A stretch of DNA of 64,000 nucleotides, taken from a virus. Lineage: Duplodnaviria > Caudoviricetes. Each line of letters opens with the position of its first letter. The first letter of the stretch is position 1. The notes under the pieces are model-generated. The model worked only from the letters and a program-made list of their open reading frames with translations, had not been told where the DNA came from and ran no database searches. Made by a program: the position numbers and the translations under genes. Shown piece after piece: positions 19,864 through 29,202 of this stretch. Location of the stretch: positions 1-64,000 of the IMG/VR virus record IMGVR_UViG_3300020440_000010; one strand, 5' to 3'.

Positions 19864-20494
19864 TGCTAATAATTTTTACAAGCATGGTTTTGATGTTGTT
19901 GAAATGCCAAAACAATTATCTACTTTACTGTGGGCACAGATATCTTTAGAAGATTGGAACCCCCACGGAGTATATAAAAATGTTCCGTCATGGAGCATGA
20001 ATAATGATATGGTAGTGGGTAGTGTTGACAGAAAGTATGATAGAAACAAAGAACAAGAAATGTGTAAAGAAAGTTTAGATAGAGTTCCGCTTATATACAA
20101 AGATACACTTACTGCTCTTTTTAACGAAGAATATTATAGAAACTGGTTTGTAAAAACTTGTGGGTACAATTGGGAAATGCGTTTTATTGATTTATGGAAT
20201 GGCAGTGACAGTTTAGACTGGCATTGGGACGGAGTAGAAGACCATGACATTGGATTTTTAATTTACTTTACAGAAGAGCCTACATGGAACGAAGAGTGGG
20301 GAAGTGTGTTGAAAGTAGGAGAAAGAGATTGGCCAGATACTAATGTACAAAATGTTAGGAAAATTATTCCTTTAAATGGAACGGTGGTATTACTAAACAA
20401 CATGAATCCTAGATTTGTTCATAGTGTAGATACACTGGTTGACACAACTAAAAATAGATATACAATAAATTGTGGAATAAGTTTATGGAATTAA
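19841..20494 (+). CDS. 2OG-Fe(II) oxygenase
   Basis: LDWHWDG, LIYF..W.EEWG.VL, FVHSV, RYTI. Confidence 0.82.
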   Translation: MLIQKKFDANNFYKHGFDVVEMPKQLSTLLWAQISLEDWNPHGVYKNVPSWSMNNDMVVGSVDRKYDRNKEQEMCKESLDRVPLIYKDTLTALFNEEYYRNWFVKTCGYNWEMRFIDLWNGSDSLDWHWDGVEDHDIGFLIYFTEEPTWNEEWGSVLKVGERDWPDTNVQNVRKIIPLNGTVVLLNNMNPRFVHSVDTLVDTTKNRYTINCGISLWN

Positions 20495-21105
20495 ATGTAG
20501 ATAAATTTTGGACAGACGGGTATGATGTAACTACTCTTGATGATGAAAAGTATTCAATGTTGTGGAGTTTGATACACAATGAGACTTGGGTAGATGGTAT
20601 ATTTCCTATTCAAAAGGTTGCTAGTTGGAGTAATACTACAAAAGAAAATTTAAAAGATAGAGTAGAAGATATATCCCCTAATTTAACAATGTGGAATGTG
20701 CCTGTAGAATACGATCAAATAATGAACGATATATGGAAAAGCGATTACTATCAAAAATTCTTTAGAGACTATGCTAAAAAAGTAGGAAAGATAGAATATA
20801 TTGATGTGTGGAATAAAACACCAGCACATGAATGGCACAGTCATACTCCTGATAATGTAGATTTAGTATTGTTAGTTTATCTAAATGAACAAGAGCAATG
20901 GAAACGTGAATGGGGCGGAGTACTGCAAGTAGGTACGAAAACAATTGAAACCAACGAAGTAGGAAACGTACATTCTATTTTGCCAAACAATAAAACAGTA
21001 GTGCTTATCAATAATATCAACCCAAGAATTTTTCATAGTGTTACAGAACAAATATCTGAAAACAATAGATATACAATTGGAGCAGGAATTAAGTTATGGA
21101 ACTAA
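20485..21105 (+). CDS. 2OG-Fe(II) oxygenase, paralogue of 19841..20494
   Basis: HEWHSH, LVYLN..W.REWGGVL, IFHSV, RYTI. Confidence 0.8.
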   Translation: MELNVDKFWTDGYDVTTLDDEKYSMLWSLIHNETWVDGIFPIQKVASWSNTTKENLKDRVEDISPNLTMWNVPVEYDQIMNDIWKSDYYQKFFRDYAKKVGKIEYIDVWNKTPAHEWHSHTPDNVDLVLLVYLNEQEQWKREWGGVLQVGTKTIETNEVGNVHSILPNNKTVVLINNINPRIFHSVTEQISENNRYTIGAGIKLWN

Positions 21106-22202
21106 TTATAAAACCCACAGAATTGTGCAACTTTAAATGTACCTTTTGTTCTAGTACAAAGATTGCAGAGCATGGTAAAGTAGTTTTAGACCATGAACAC
21201 ATTTTTAGATTCTTAAAAAGATATCCTAATACAAATACAATTATTGTTAATGGTGGTGACCCGTTGATGATGGATCCTGATTACTATTGGAAAATTATAG
21301 ACTATCTTGACGAACACGAGATGTCAACAAGTATTGCGTTGACTACTAACCTTTGGCCTTTTTACAAGAAGCCTAGCAAATGGAAAGCATTGTTCAACAA
21401 TGAAAGGATAGGCGTTACAACCAGTTTCAATTACGGTGATGGTAGATTAAAAGGAGACTTTAGTTTATTCACAGTAGAAGACTTTTGGCGTGTAAGTGAT
21501 GCTATGTTAGAACACTGTAACTATCGACCAGACTTTATTGCAGTTGTTACAGACAGCAATGATCACCTTGCTATGAAAAATGTAGAACTTGCTGTTGAAA
21601 TGAGTGACGGCGTAGAACCCGGCGGTACATTACATAACTTTGCTCGTAACAATAAAACTGGTGTTGAATGCAAATTAAATTATGCAATGAGCAGTGGAGA
21701 ACAAGATAGACCATATCTACTATCCAAGATTTACAAAACTTATGTAGATATATGGGAAGCAGGATTGGCTCCATGGGAGTTCAATACAAAACAAATGATG
21801 AAGCGTTTGAAAGGAAACGCTACCTCTTGTCCACAGAACAGACGCTGTGACGAAGGAATTAGAAGTATGAATCCTGGCGGAGACTATTATAGTTGTGGTG
21901 CATTTGGTGATGATATGGAGAAACCAATAGATTTTGAAAAAGAAATGAATGGGGATTTCTTTACACCATTACAGGATAGTTTTGAACTTGCAAGTATGAA
22001 AAAATCATGTTATACTTGTCCTATGTTTGAAATATGCAATGGTTGTAGAAAAACAGTTAAGGATTTCAAAAGACACAAAGTTGTTGAAGCACACTGTAAA
22101 ATAATGAAGACTGTTGCACCCAAAATACTAAAAGCAAACGGTTTGGAGGGAGTAGAAGTTACTCCGTATGTAAATGAAACTATTGAAACAAGACAAGCCT
22201 AA
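21096..22202 (+). CDS. Radical SAM/SPASM protein 3
   Basis: CNFKCTFC, NGGDP, and C-terminal CPQNRRC..YYSCG..CYTCPMFEICNGC..C. Confidence 0.92.
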   Translation: MELIIKPTELCNFKCTFCSSTKIAEHGKVVLDHEHIFRFLKRYPNTNTIIVNGGDPLMMDPDYYWKIIDYLDEHEMSTSIALTTNLWPFYKKPSKWKALFNNERIGVTTSFNYGDGRLKGDFSLFTVEDFWRVSDAMLEHCNYRPDFIAVVTDSNDHLAMKNVELAVEMSDGVEPGGTLHNFARNNKTGVECKLNYAMSSGEQDRPYLLSKIYKTYVDIWEAGLAPWEFNTKQMMKRLKGNATSCPQNRRCDEGIRSMNPGGDYYSCGAFGDDMEKPIDFEKEMNGDFFTPLQDSFELASMKKSCYTCPMFEICNGCRKTVKDFKRHKVVEAHCKIMKTVAPKILKANGLEGVEVTPYVNETIETRQA

Positions 22203-22926
22203 TATTAGAAGTTATTATGGTGATGGATATGATATTGTAGATGTTGATCTAAGTGTGATTGATCATCTTGGTTCTTATATACTACAGGAAAATTTTAGTG
22301 ACAGTCCTCTACATCCAGGTATATCACAACCGGATTGGGACGCAGACTATACTAATATTACCAAAGAGTTTTATGAAGCACAACAAAAGTATATTGATAT
22401 ACTTAAACCTTTGGTTGAAAAAGAAAACTATTTTGATTACTGGCGTACATTACGAGGACCATTTGATGAACTTATTGTAAGCATCAACAAAATGGATAAA
22501 GGTAGTAAGATGGATTGGCATTGGGACGGTTTTGATGGTAGTATGTTACAATTGATGTTGTATGTAAACTTAGAAGAAAGAACACGAGAAGATGGAGGAT
22601 TTTTAGAAGTAGGTGTATCGTATGAACCTATGATAAACCAAGATGATCCTTTCCCACACTGGTCGCCTGAAACAGGCTTAAACAAAGTTACTGGGCACGT
22701 GATGTCTAAGTGCAGTTATGTACCTAAGAATGATAAAGCAATTATATTAAACAATGATAATCCTTTGTATGTTCATAGAGTAACAGAATGCAAAACTGAC
22801 AAACCTAGGTACAGTGTATTATTACAATGCGGATATAAAACACTTTGGGACGGAAACTCACTAAAGAACAACGGTGGACAATATAAAGATCCACGTACAG
22901 GAATGATTACAAAATTAAACCTATGA
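22174..22926 (+). CDS. 2OG-Fe(II) oxygenase
   Basis: MDWHWDG, LYVN..DGGFLEV, YVHRV, RYSV. Confidence 0.8.
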   Translation: MKLLKQDKPNIRSYYGDGYDIVDVDLSVIDHLGSYILQENFSDSPLHPGISQPDWDADYTNITKEFYEAQQKYIDILKPLVEKENYFDYWRTLRGPFDELIVSINKMDKGSKMDWHWDGFDGSMLQLMLYVNLEERTREDGGFLEVGVSYEPMINQDDPFPHWSPETGLNKVTGHVMSKCSYVPKNDKAIILNNDNPLYVHRVTECKTDKPRYSVLLQCGYKTLWDGNSLKNNGGQYKDPRTGMITKLNL

Positions 22927-23483
22927 AGAACAAACAATTTTCAAATGGCAGAATTCACGGATCAAGATTTGAAGAAGCAGTATATCATGACGGATATCTT
23001 GCATTTTCTGTAAGTCCTTTTGATCAAGACTTTGAAAATGAAATAGAGGATGGTGTACTACCTCATGTGAAAGTGTTGACTACTAAAGGCTATTGTCCTA
23101 TCAGCAGTTGTCATGGTCATTACGAACACGGTAAATGGATGCCTTGGTATGTGATGATAGCACTAGGGGACAATGCCGTGAAACAAAAACAAATAATACT
23201 AGATGCAATTAAAAACATACCAGGAATATATACTGAAACAAGAAAGCAAAGTGCTAATGTTATTAATGGTAAAACTGTATTTGACAAAGTTGATCTGGAT
23301 AAAGAATATGAAGAATTGAATAAAATGTTTTTACGCAAAAACACAACTTGGGAATATTTGTATATCAGTTTGTTTCAACACAGAACAATTTACAATAAAA
23401 TTGCAAAACTATTATTTTTTACACACAGTAAAAATAAATTATTTTATGCTTTAGAAAGATTACCAGATGAACATATCAATTAA
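22923..23483 (+). CDS. Hypothetical protein
   Basis: Coupled ORF containing SSCHGH. Confidence 0.7.
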   Translation: MKNKQFSNGRIHGSRFEEAVYHDGYLAFSVSPFDQDFENEIEDGVLPHVKVLTTKGYCPISSCHGHYEHGKWMPWYVMIALGDNAVKQKQIILDAIKNIPGIYTETRKQSANVINGKTVFDKVDLDKEYEELNKMFLRKNTTWEYLYISLFQHRTIYNKIAKLLFFTHSKNKLFYALERLPDEHIN

Positions 23484-24381
23484 TCCTAGTTATTTTTGTA
23501 ATTTTCGTTGTGACTTCTGTTATCTAACGCCCGAGCAACTTGCAGATCAAAAGAAAATAGATTTGCAAAGATTAGATGATATGTTAGCAGAAGTAAAAGA
23601 ACAAGATGATATTCATCATATTGATTTATATGGAGGAGAGATAGGAGCATTAAAGAAAGATTACTTCTATGGTTTACGTGATGTAATAAGAAAATACTAT
23701 GACAAGGACATTAATATAAACACAAACTTTTCTATGCTACACGATGGCTTCTTTGAAAAAGACTTTTACTTGAGTGTAAGTTATGACTTTGAAGCAAGAG
23801 AGAAGCATGAATTAGTATACAAAAACATGATGTTGTCACCAGTGCCTATCGCAGTATTAGTATTGGTATCTCCAACTATTTTACAAAAAGATGTAGATGA
23901 AATGATTAGAATGTTTAACCTTTGTACTCCTGTAAAAAGTGTAGAGTTAAAACCATATAGTATTAATCAAGCCAATGCTCATAATGTAACACACAAAGAC
24001 TTTGAGCAACACGTAATTAAATGGATACAATCAAAAGAAGATATGCAATTTGCATTTATAAACGATTACAAGATACAAGACAGTATTGAAAAAACTTACA
24101 ATGCATTTAGTAACGATCATGTATATATTACTCCTAATGGTAAGTTTGGAGTACTGGAGTTTGACAAAGATGACAAAGAATATTTTTTAGAACTAGACAG
24201 TTATAAAGATTACAAACTATGGGCAGACAAAGAGCCAGACGTTAATTGTAGTGATATCTGTAAGTCATGCAAATACTATGGACACTGCCTAACAGAACAC
24301 TATAGATACGTTAAGGATCTAGACAACGGATGTAACGGATATAAAGGACTATTAGAATTTTATGAAAGACTGGAAAGTTAG
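23467..24381 (+). CDS. Radical SAM/SPASM-like protein 4
   Basis: CNFRCDFC, LYGGE, and C-terminal CSDICKSCKYYGHC..CNGY. Confidence 0.9.
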   Translation: MNISINPSYFCNFRCDFCYLTPEQLADQKKIDLQRLDDMLAEVKEQDDIHHIDLYGGEIGALKKDYFYGLRDVIRKYYDKDININTNFSMLHDGFFEKDFYLSVSYDFEAREKHELVYKNMMLSPVPIAVLVLVSPTILQKDVDEMIRMFNLCTPVKSVELKPYSINQANAHNVTHKDFEQHVIKWIQSKEDMQFAFINDYKIQDSIEKTYNAFSNDHVYITPNGKFGVLEFDKDDKEYFLELDSYKDYKLWADKEPDVNCSDICKSCKYYGHCLTEHYRYVKDLDNGCNGYKGLLEFYERLES

Positions 24382-24769
24382 ACAAGAAATATATCATAGG
24401 TTGAATAGCGATCACTCTGATGATTTAAACAGAGTAGAAATACAAGAGTGTCCTGATAGTCAATTACTTGATTACGCAATCGAATATTTTACCAACGACA
24501 AACTAGGTTGGGTCTATCCTGCTAAGAGTTATGTAGTTGGAATTTGCTATGCACTCTGGTTGACCAAAGACTTTGGAGGCGGGTTCTATGAATATCTAAA
24601 TGATCCTGAATTGCTGTATGGAAATGATCCCTATTTTGTTCCTTATGACAAAGATCAACAAACGTACGATAATATTATCAACAGTGTAGGATTTGGATTC
24701 GATCAACGTCTTGGAGTCATACCTGATATACGCCATTACTATGAAGAGGAGTTTATGCTTAATGATTGA
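24362..24769 (+). CDS. Hypothetical protein in the rSAM cluster
   Basis: Overlaps the rSAM4 stop; SD AGGA upstream region. Confidence 0.7.
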   Translation: MKDWKVRQEIYHRLNSDHSDDLNRVEIQECPDSQLLDYAIEYFTNDKLGWVYPAKSYVVGICYALWLTKDFGGGFYEYLNDPELLYGNDPYFVPYDKDQQTYDNIINSVGFGFDQRLGVIPDIRHYYEEEFMLND

Positions 24770-25367
24770 AACTAAAATAAGCAGTGATGGTGCCAACGAA
24801 GTTTTTATTAAGGCATCTGATCCACAAGCACTAGAGTATAAGTCTATGGTCCTAGCAGTTTGGCCTAACACAAATTTACAAGGATTACAAATGATTAGTT
24901 TTGACAAAACAAAAAACAAAGTCAATCTAACATTTGATGTGTATCCTAGTGAAGAGATCAAAAAAGAATTTGCTGTGGCAGACTATCATCAGTTCTGTGA
25001 TTACTATGCTGTCGAATGTTTTATAGATTTACAATGGCGTGTACTAAAAGTATATGATCAAAATTTACCAATGCACCCTTTACCTAGTTTACCAAAAGGA
25101 AGTAGGATAGATGTATTGAAAAGCGGAGTAGGTGTTTATTATGGTCGCAACGTAGAAGATTATAGAAAAGTTTATTTTCTACATGACGATATTGATTATG
25201 TAAAAGAGTTTTTCAATGATCTACAGTTACCAATTATTGTAAAGAAATACAAGTATGCAATATTTGGTTTGGAGTACAATGTTAAGACAATGAAATTACA
25301 TCACATTTCGTACTATGATATACAGGATAAGGATAATATATATAGTAAGGATAGTTTAAAACAATGA
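24762..25367 (+). CDS. Hypothetical protein
   Basis: Start moved to MIETK, with GAGGAG upstream. Confidence 0.65.
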   Translation: MIETKISSDGANEVFIKASDPQALEYKSMVLAVWPNTNLQGLQMISFDKTKNKVNLTFDVYPSEEIKKEFAVADYHQFCDYYAVECFIDLQWRVLKVYDQNLPMHPLPSLPKGSRIDVLKSGVGVYYGRNVEDYRKVYFLHDDIDYVKEFFNDLQLPIIVKKYKYAIFGLEYNVKTMKLHHISYYDIQDKDNIYSKDSLKQ

Positions 25368-25939
25368 CAACAGCAAATAAAAGAATAGCAGTAGTTGGAG
25401 CACACGGAGTAGGTAAAAATACAGTCTGTATAAAATTGTTGCAAAGAGAAAAGTTTGGACAACGCGGGATCAATGTAACATATATGCCTGAAACTGTGAG
25501 AAGCACAATGTTTATGAATCATGATATACTTGCCAATGAAATAGGCGGCGACATCAACAGTTGTGCCTGGTTGTATCATAGACACTGGAGCCAAATGCTA
25601 GAACATGAATACAGTTGCGAAGTGTTTATTACAAAAAGATTACCATTAGACTATGTTGTATTCAACGAATGTGCATACGTAATGAAGATGTGCAAAGAAA
25701 CACTACCTTTTCAGTATTTAGAATTAGCAGTTGAACAAGCAAAACAGTTTCATGAAGTTTATTTTGTAAGACATAATCCTGATCATGATTTGATTACAGA
25801 TAGCATTAGACAGGGTCCAGCGGCTAGTGAAGAACTTCAACCTTTGTGGGACACAAACTACAAAAGAATAATAGACGAATACGAAGTTCCTGTAATTGAA
25901 GGTACAGCAGGCGAACTACTAGAAAAGATTAAAGTATGA
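25364..25939 (+). CDS. P-loop NTPase/nucleotide-kinase-like (AAA_28/NadR-like)
   Basis: Walker A VVGAHGVGKNT followed by PETVR and KRLPLDY. Confidence 0.7.
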   Translation: MTTANKRIAVVGAHGVGKNTVCIKLLQREKFGQRGINVTYMPETVRSTMFMNHDILANEIGGDINSCAWLYHRHWSQMLEHEYSCEVFITKRLPLDYVVFNECAYVMKMCKETLPFQYLELAVEQAKQFHEVYFVRHNPDHDLITDSIRQGPAASEELQPLWDTNYKRIIDEYEVPVIEGTAGELLEKIKV

Positions 25940-27228
25940 ATATAGTTATTGTTGGAGGCGGCACTGCCGGTTGGCTCACTGCTCTTTCACTACATAAGAA
26001 ACATGATGTAACCTTAATAGAAAGTGAAATACCTACAATAGGAGTAGGTGAAAGCACAACTGACACTGTCATACGTTGGCTAAAGCAACGTGTGGATATG
26101 AAAGAATTTCACACAAAAACAAATAGCACATTTAAATTAGGTGTGCAGTTTGATAATTGGGTAAACAAAAATGAAACTTACTATCATTTGTTTGGTGATG
26201 TAGAAGACAAAGTACCTAATGGAAAATTTAACCAAGTGGTAAGATACTGTTTTCAGAATGGTATAAACTTAGATAATTTAAGTATATTTGACAAATGTAA
26301 AGAAGAAGATATGACTTGGGATAGTGTTGCTACCCATTGGGACAGTGTTGCAGTACCGGCCTATCTAAGACAAAAACTAGAACACAAAATATTAATAGTA
26401 AATGATACAGTCGAAAAGGTCCATTACGAAAACGAGTCTATTACAAAACTACAATTAGTCAATAGTACTGTTGAAGCAGATTTATATATAGACTGTACAG
26501 GATTTCATAGAGTTCTAACTAAAAATACAAATAATAAATGGATTGATTGGAACGCAAAAGGTCAAGTAGATCGTGCCCTAGTATGGCAAATGCCACACAA
26601 AGATACTATACCAACTTTTACTCAAGCAGAAGCATGGGACTATGGTTGGAGATGGAAAATACCTACCACTGATCGACTGGGAAATGGTTACGTGTTTGAC
26701 AGTGACTTTATAAGTGTAGAAGATGCAGAAAAAGAAATTAGAAAAAGAGTTGATTACAAAGGTCCTGTTAGACTTATAGAATTTAATCCCGGAAGGATTG
26801 AACAAGTATATTATAAAAATATAGTAAGTTTAGGATTAAGTTCTCATTTTCTTGAACCACTTGAAGCAACAAACTTTGATTTTTTAGTATATAATTTACA
26901 AAACTTAGATCTTGTTATAGAAGACAAAATAAATGTAGAACAATTTAATAAAAATGCAAACAGACTTGCTGAATCTATTAGAGAATTTGTCAAAATGCAT
27001 TACATAAACAACACAAACAATACTGCATTTTGGAAAGCACAAAACAAAAATCTGTGCGGAAATGCTATTAGGGTTATTGAAAATGCAGAAACCACTAATA
27101 ACCTTGCACCAGGTGGATTATTTACAGATTACAATTGGTACAAAGTTGCTCAAGGTGTTGGCATAAAGAGTAAAAGCAAAAATGATGATGCTGAATTACT
27201 AGCATTATTCCAATTAGCATCCATCTAA
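25936..27228 (+). CDS. Flavin-dependent halogenase 3
   Basis: GGGTAG, GVGEST, STFKLGVQF, WRWKIP, FLEPLEA. Confidence 0.85.
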   Translation: MNIVIVGGGTAGWLTALSLHKKHDVTLIESEIPTIGVGESTTDTVIRWLKQRVDMKEFHTKTNSTFKLGVQFDNWVNKNETYYHLFGDVEDKVPNGKFNQVVRYCFQNGINLDNLSIFDKCKEEDMTWDSVATHWDSVAVPAYLRQKLEHKILIVNDTVEKVHYENESITKLQLVNSTVEADLYIDCTGFHRVLTKNTNNKWIDWNAKGQVDRALVWQMPHKDTIPTFTQAEAWDYGWRWKIPTTDRLGNGYVFDSDFISVEDAEKEIRKRVDYKGPVRLIEFNPGRIEQVYYKNIVSLGLSSHFLEPLEATNFDFLVYNLQNLDLVIEDKINVEQFNKNANRLAESIREFVKMHYINNTNNTAFWKAQNKNLCGNAIRVIENAETTNNLAPGGLFTDYNWYKVAQGVGIKSKSKNDDAELLALFQLASI

Positions 27229-27252
27229 AACAAATACAGATTAAATATTGCT

Positions 27253-27936
27253 ATGTTTAATCCGTTCAAAATAAATCCAAATGCAGATGTGCAAAAAATT
27301 GATTTGCCATACTTCGAAAAATACTATTGGCAAATAGATGACTTCTATACAGATCCAAAAGCAGTTAATACTTTTTTAGATACAGAGTGTGAATACAAAT
27401 TATTCAAGGAAGACGAACCAGGACTAAATGGTGTTAAGTTTGAAGACAAAAGACACGAAGGACATCACAAAGGCCTAGAAGCCGTAACTTTTGCTCTAAT
27501 GGAAGTTTGTAAAGCAAACAAATGTAGAGACGAAGAAGATCTAATTATTACCAATACATTCAAAGTATTAGATCCTGATTGGGGTAAACAATATAAAGAT
27601 AACTGGTGGTGGCCTCATTTAGATTGGGGTTGGACTGCATTGATATATCTCAATGAAGAACCATGTGAAGGAACAAACTTATATCACAAACCAGGTATGC
27701 CCAAAAACGCAGTACATGATGGTATAGATAAACTTATTAGACAAGGAGCCGCAAAACATAATGAATATGTAGATCCTTGGACTACACGGGATAATTGGAT
27801 ACTAGGAGCAAATATTCCTAGCAAATTTAATAGAGCAATAATATTTCCAAGTAAAATATATCACGGTATGGCTATTGAAAGTGATCGTTGGACCAACGAC
27901 ACACGTAGAAATCAAGTAGTATTTTTTGAATATTAA
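27253..27936 (+). CDS. DUF6445-like putative 2OG-Fe(II) oxygenase
   Basis: IDDFY.DP, PHLD..WTALIYLN..GTNLY, FNRAIIFPSKIYHG. Confidence 0.7.
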   Translation: MFNPFKINPNADVQKIDLPYFEKYYWQIDDFYTDPKAVNTFLDTECEYKLFKEDEPGLNGVKFEDKRHEGHHKGLEAVTFALMEVCKANKCRDEEDLIITNTFKVLDPDWGKQYKDNWWWPHLDWGWTALIYLNEEPCEGTNLYHKPGMPKNAVHDGIDKLIRQGAAKHNEYVDPWTTRDNWILGANIPSKFNRAIIFPSKIYHGMAIESDRWTNDTRRNQVVFFEY

Positions 27937-27968
27937 AAAAGGGCGATAGTTTCCTACCGCCCAGTTTT
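27935..27968. terminator. Probable bidirectional intrinsic terminator
   Basis: A-run, GGGCGaTAG-TTTC-CTAcCGCCC hairpin (27941-27962), T-rich tail; lies between convergent genes. Confidence 0.7.
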
Positions 27969-27976
27969 GTTTATTA

Positions 27977-28288
27977 TTATTTTTTTGAATTGTTTATAAA
28001 GTTGTAAAACTTTTCAGCAGTTTCTAATACATCATCAACTCCAGGAATATCTGGCATACCGACTTTGTTTACGATCTCACCAGTCTTCTCATCACGAGCG
28101 GATGTAATTTCCCAACCATTCCATTTGCTTGAATATTCAAACTCCTTGAATTGTTTTGCCATGTCTAATACATTGGTACGGATTTCGTAACCATTTTTAT
28201 TAAACTGTACTTTGGGTAGTGTTTCACGCACTGATTGTGCTAGTTGTTCGGCACCTTTTTCGATACCTTCTTTAAACGTCTTGTTCAT
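27977..28288 (-). CDS. Hypothetical protein
   Basis: SD AAGGAG preceded by a CA-rich tract; has its own promoter. Confidence 0.75.
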   Translation of the reverse strand: MNKTFKEGIEKGAEQLAQSVRETLPKVQFNKNGYEIRTNVLDMAKQFKEFEYSSKWNGWEITSARDEKTGEIVNKVGMPDIPGVDDVLETAEKFYNFINNSKK

Positions 28289-28328
28289 ACTGTTTCTCCT
28301 TTGTGTGTATGTGTGTTTAAGTTATATT

Positions 28329-28357
28329 ACTATAACATTTTTATTTAGTATTGTCAA
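28329..28357 (-). promoter_or_regulatory. Sigma70-like promoter TTGACA-N17-TATAGT
   Basis: Consensus -35 and 17-nt spacer. Confidence 0.75.
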
Positions 28358-28366
28358 GAGGTGAGT

Positions 28367-28386
28367 AAAGGCTCTTTCGAGCCTTT
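28367..28386 (-). terminator. Hairpin AAAGGCTC-GAAA-GAGCCTTT, probable terminator of the small-ORF operon
   Basis: Perfect 8-bp stem directly after the 28391 stop; short U tract. Confidence 0.6.
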
Positions 28387-28390
28387 ATTC

Positions 28391-28453
28391 TTATTTGGAT
28401 TTTGGTTTTGGATTAGAAAGCATTTCGTTTTCTTCATCAGTATAAGGCCACAT
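28391..28453 (-). CDS. 20-aa ORF MWPYTDEENEMLSNPKPKSK (not in ORF track)
   Basis: TAATG coupling; SD GGAGG upstream. Confidence 0.55.
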   Translation of the reverse strand: MWPYTDEENEMLSNPKPKSK

Positions 28454-28557
28454 TAGAACATTCCTCCATATTTCATTGCGTTTAGAATTAAAACAGCAAA
28501 TAAGATAGACATCATTATTGCAATTGGTAGTAAACTCTGTATAAAGGTTTTAAGCAT
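28453..28557 (-). CDS. 34-aa single-TM peptide MLKTFIQSLLPIAIMMSILFAVLILNAMKYGGMF (not in ORF track)
   Basis: Overlaps the upstream stop; AAGG SD; hydrophobic core. Confidence 0.6.
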   Translation of the reverse strand: MLKTFIQSLLPIAIMMSILFAVLILNAMKYGGMF

Positions 28558-28804
28558 GAGCCTTACCTTTCCAAGTTGCTACACGTTTACCTCTCATGTA
28601 ATGATCTCCAGGTTCATAAGAAGCCTTTTTATCGCGGTATTTTTCTAATCTAATAATTGCCGCTTTGCGAGTGTTACTTAACTTGGCTTTCTCTAGCATT
28701 AAAACTTTTGCTTGTTCATATAAACCTTGTTGTGCTAAATTGGCCGCCGCACGAGCATAACCCATTTGTGTTAAAGTATTTTTTATTCTTTGCCATATCA
28801 ACAT
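28550..28804 (-). CDS. Small hypothetical protein (..MGYARAAANLAQQGLYEQAK..)
   Basis: SD AAGGAG; part of the minus-strand operon. Confidence 0.7.
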   Translation of the reverse strand: MLIWQRIKNTLTQMGYARAAANLAQQGLYEQAKVLMLEKAKLSNTRKAAIIRLEKYRDKKASYEPGDHYMRGKRVATWKGKAHA

Positions 28805-28816
28805 TTTATCTCTCCT

Positions 28817-28999
28817 TTATCTGTAATATGCTTGTTTCTTTTGGAAGATTCCACCACCAATGTGTGATACCTTCCCGTGTTGGAGAAGTCGTTGGCGACG
28901 CTCCAAGTCAACAAGATCAACAGACTGAGACAGCCAACGTTCTTCGGGGCTGACAGTTGATTTTGCCAAAAGTTTTTTAAAGTAATTAAGAAGTCGCAT
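28817..28999 (-). CDS. DUF3563-like small protein
   Basis: EERWLSQSVDLVDLERRQR resembles DUF3563; SD GGAGG; TAATG overlap. Confidence 0.6.
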   Translation of the reverse strand: MRLLNYFKKLLAKSTVSPEERWLSQSVDLVDLERRQRLLQHGKVSHIGGGIFQKKQAYYR

Positions 29000-29202
29000 T
29001 ATGCTACCTCCTTTGTAGGCTTTGTCCAACCATTTAACTCGCTATGAGTTGGCGCCCTACCATTGTGATCTAACATGAATTGATAAGCATATTGCCAATC
29101 ATTCTTGTATTCAGTTCTGGCCCATGTGTATAGATCGTTACGAAACCTTTTACCGGCTCCGCATTTCATCCAAGACACTAGACCACTTATTAAGTGGTTC
29201 AT
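28999..29202 (-). CDS. Small hypothetical protein
   Basis: SD AGGAG; first gene after the structured leader. Confidence 0.7.
   Translation of the reverse strand: MNHLISGLVSWMKCGAGKRFRNDLYTWARTEYKNDWQYAYQFMLDHNGRAPTHSELNGWTKPTKEVA

Noticed and set aside
14831-24381. One of the radical SAM genes as PqqE partnering the pqqA
   Set aside because: No pqqB, C or D neighbours, none shows a recognisable PqqE N-terminal signature, and they sit with a different Cys/His-rich candidate substrate 5-15 kb from pqqA. An HMM test would settle it.
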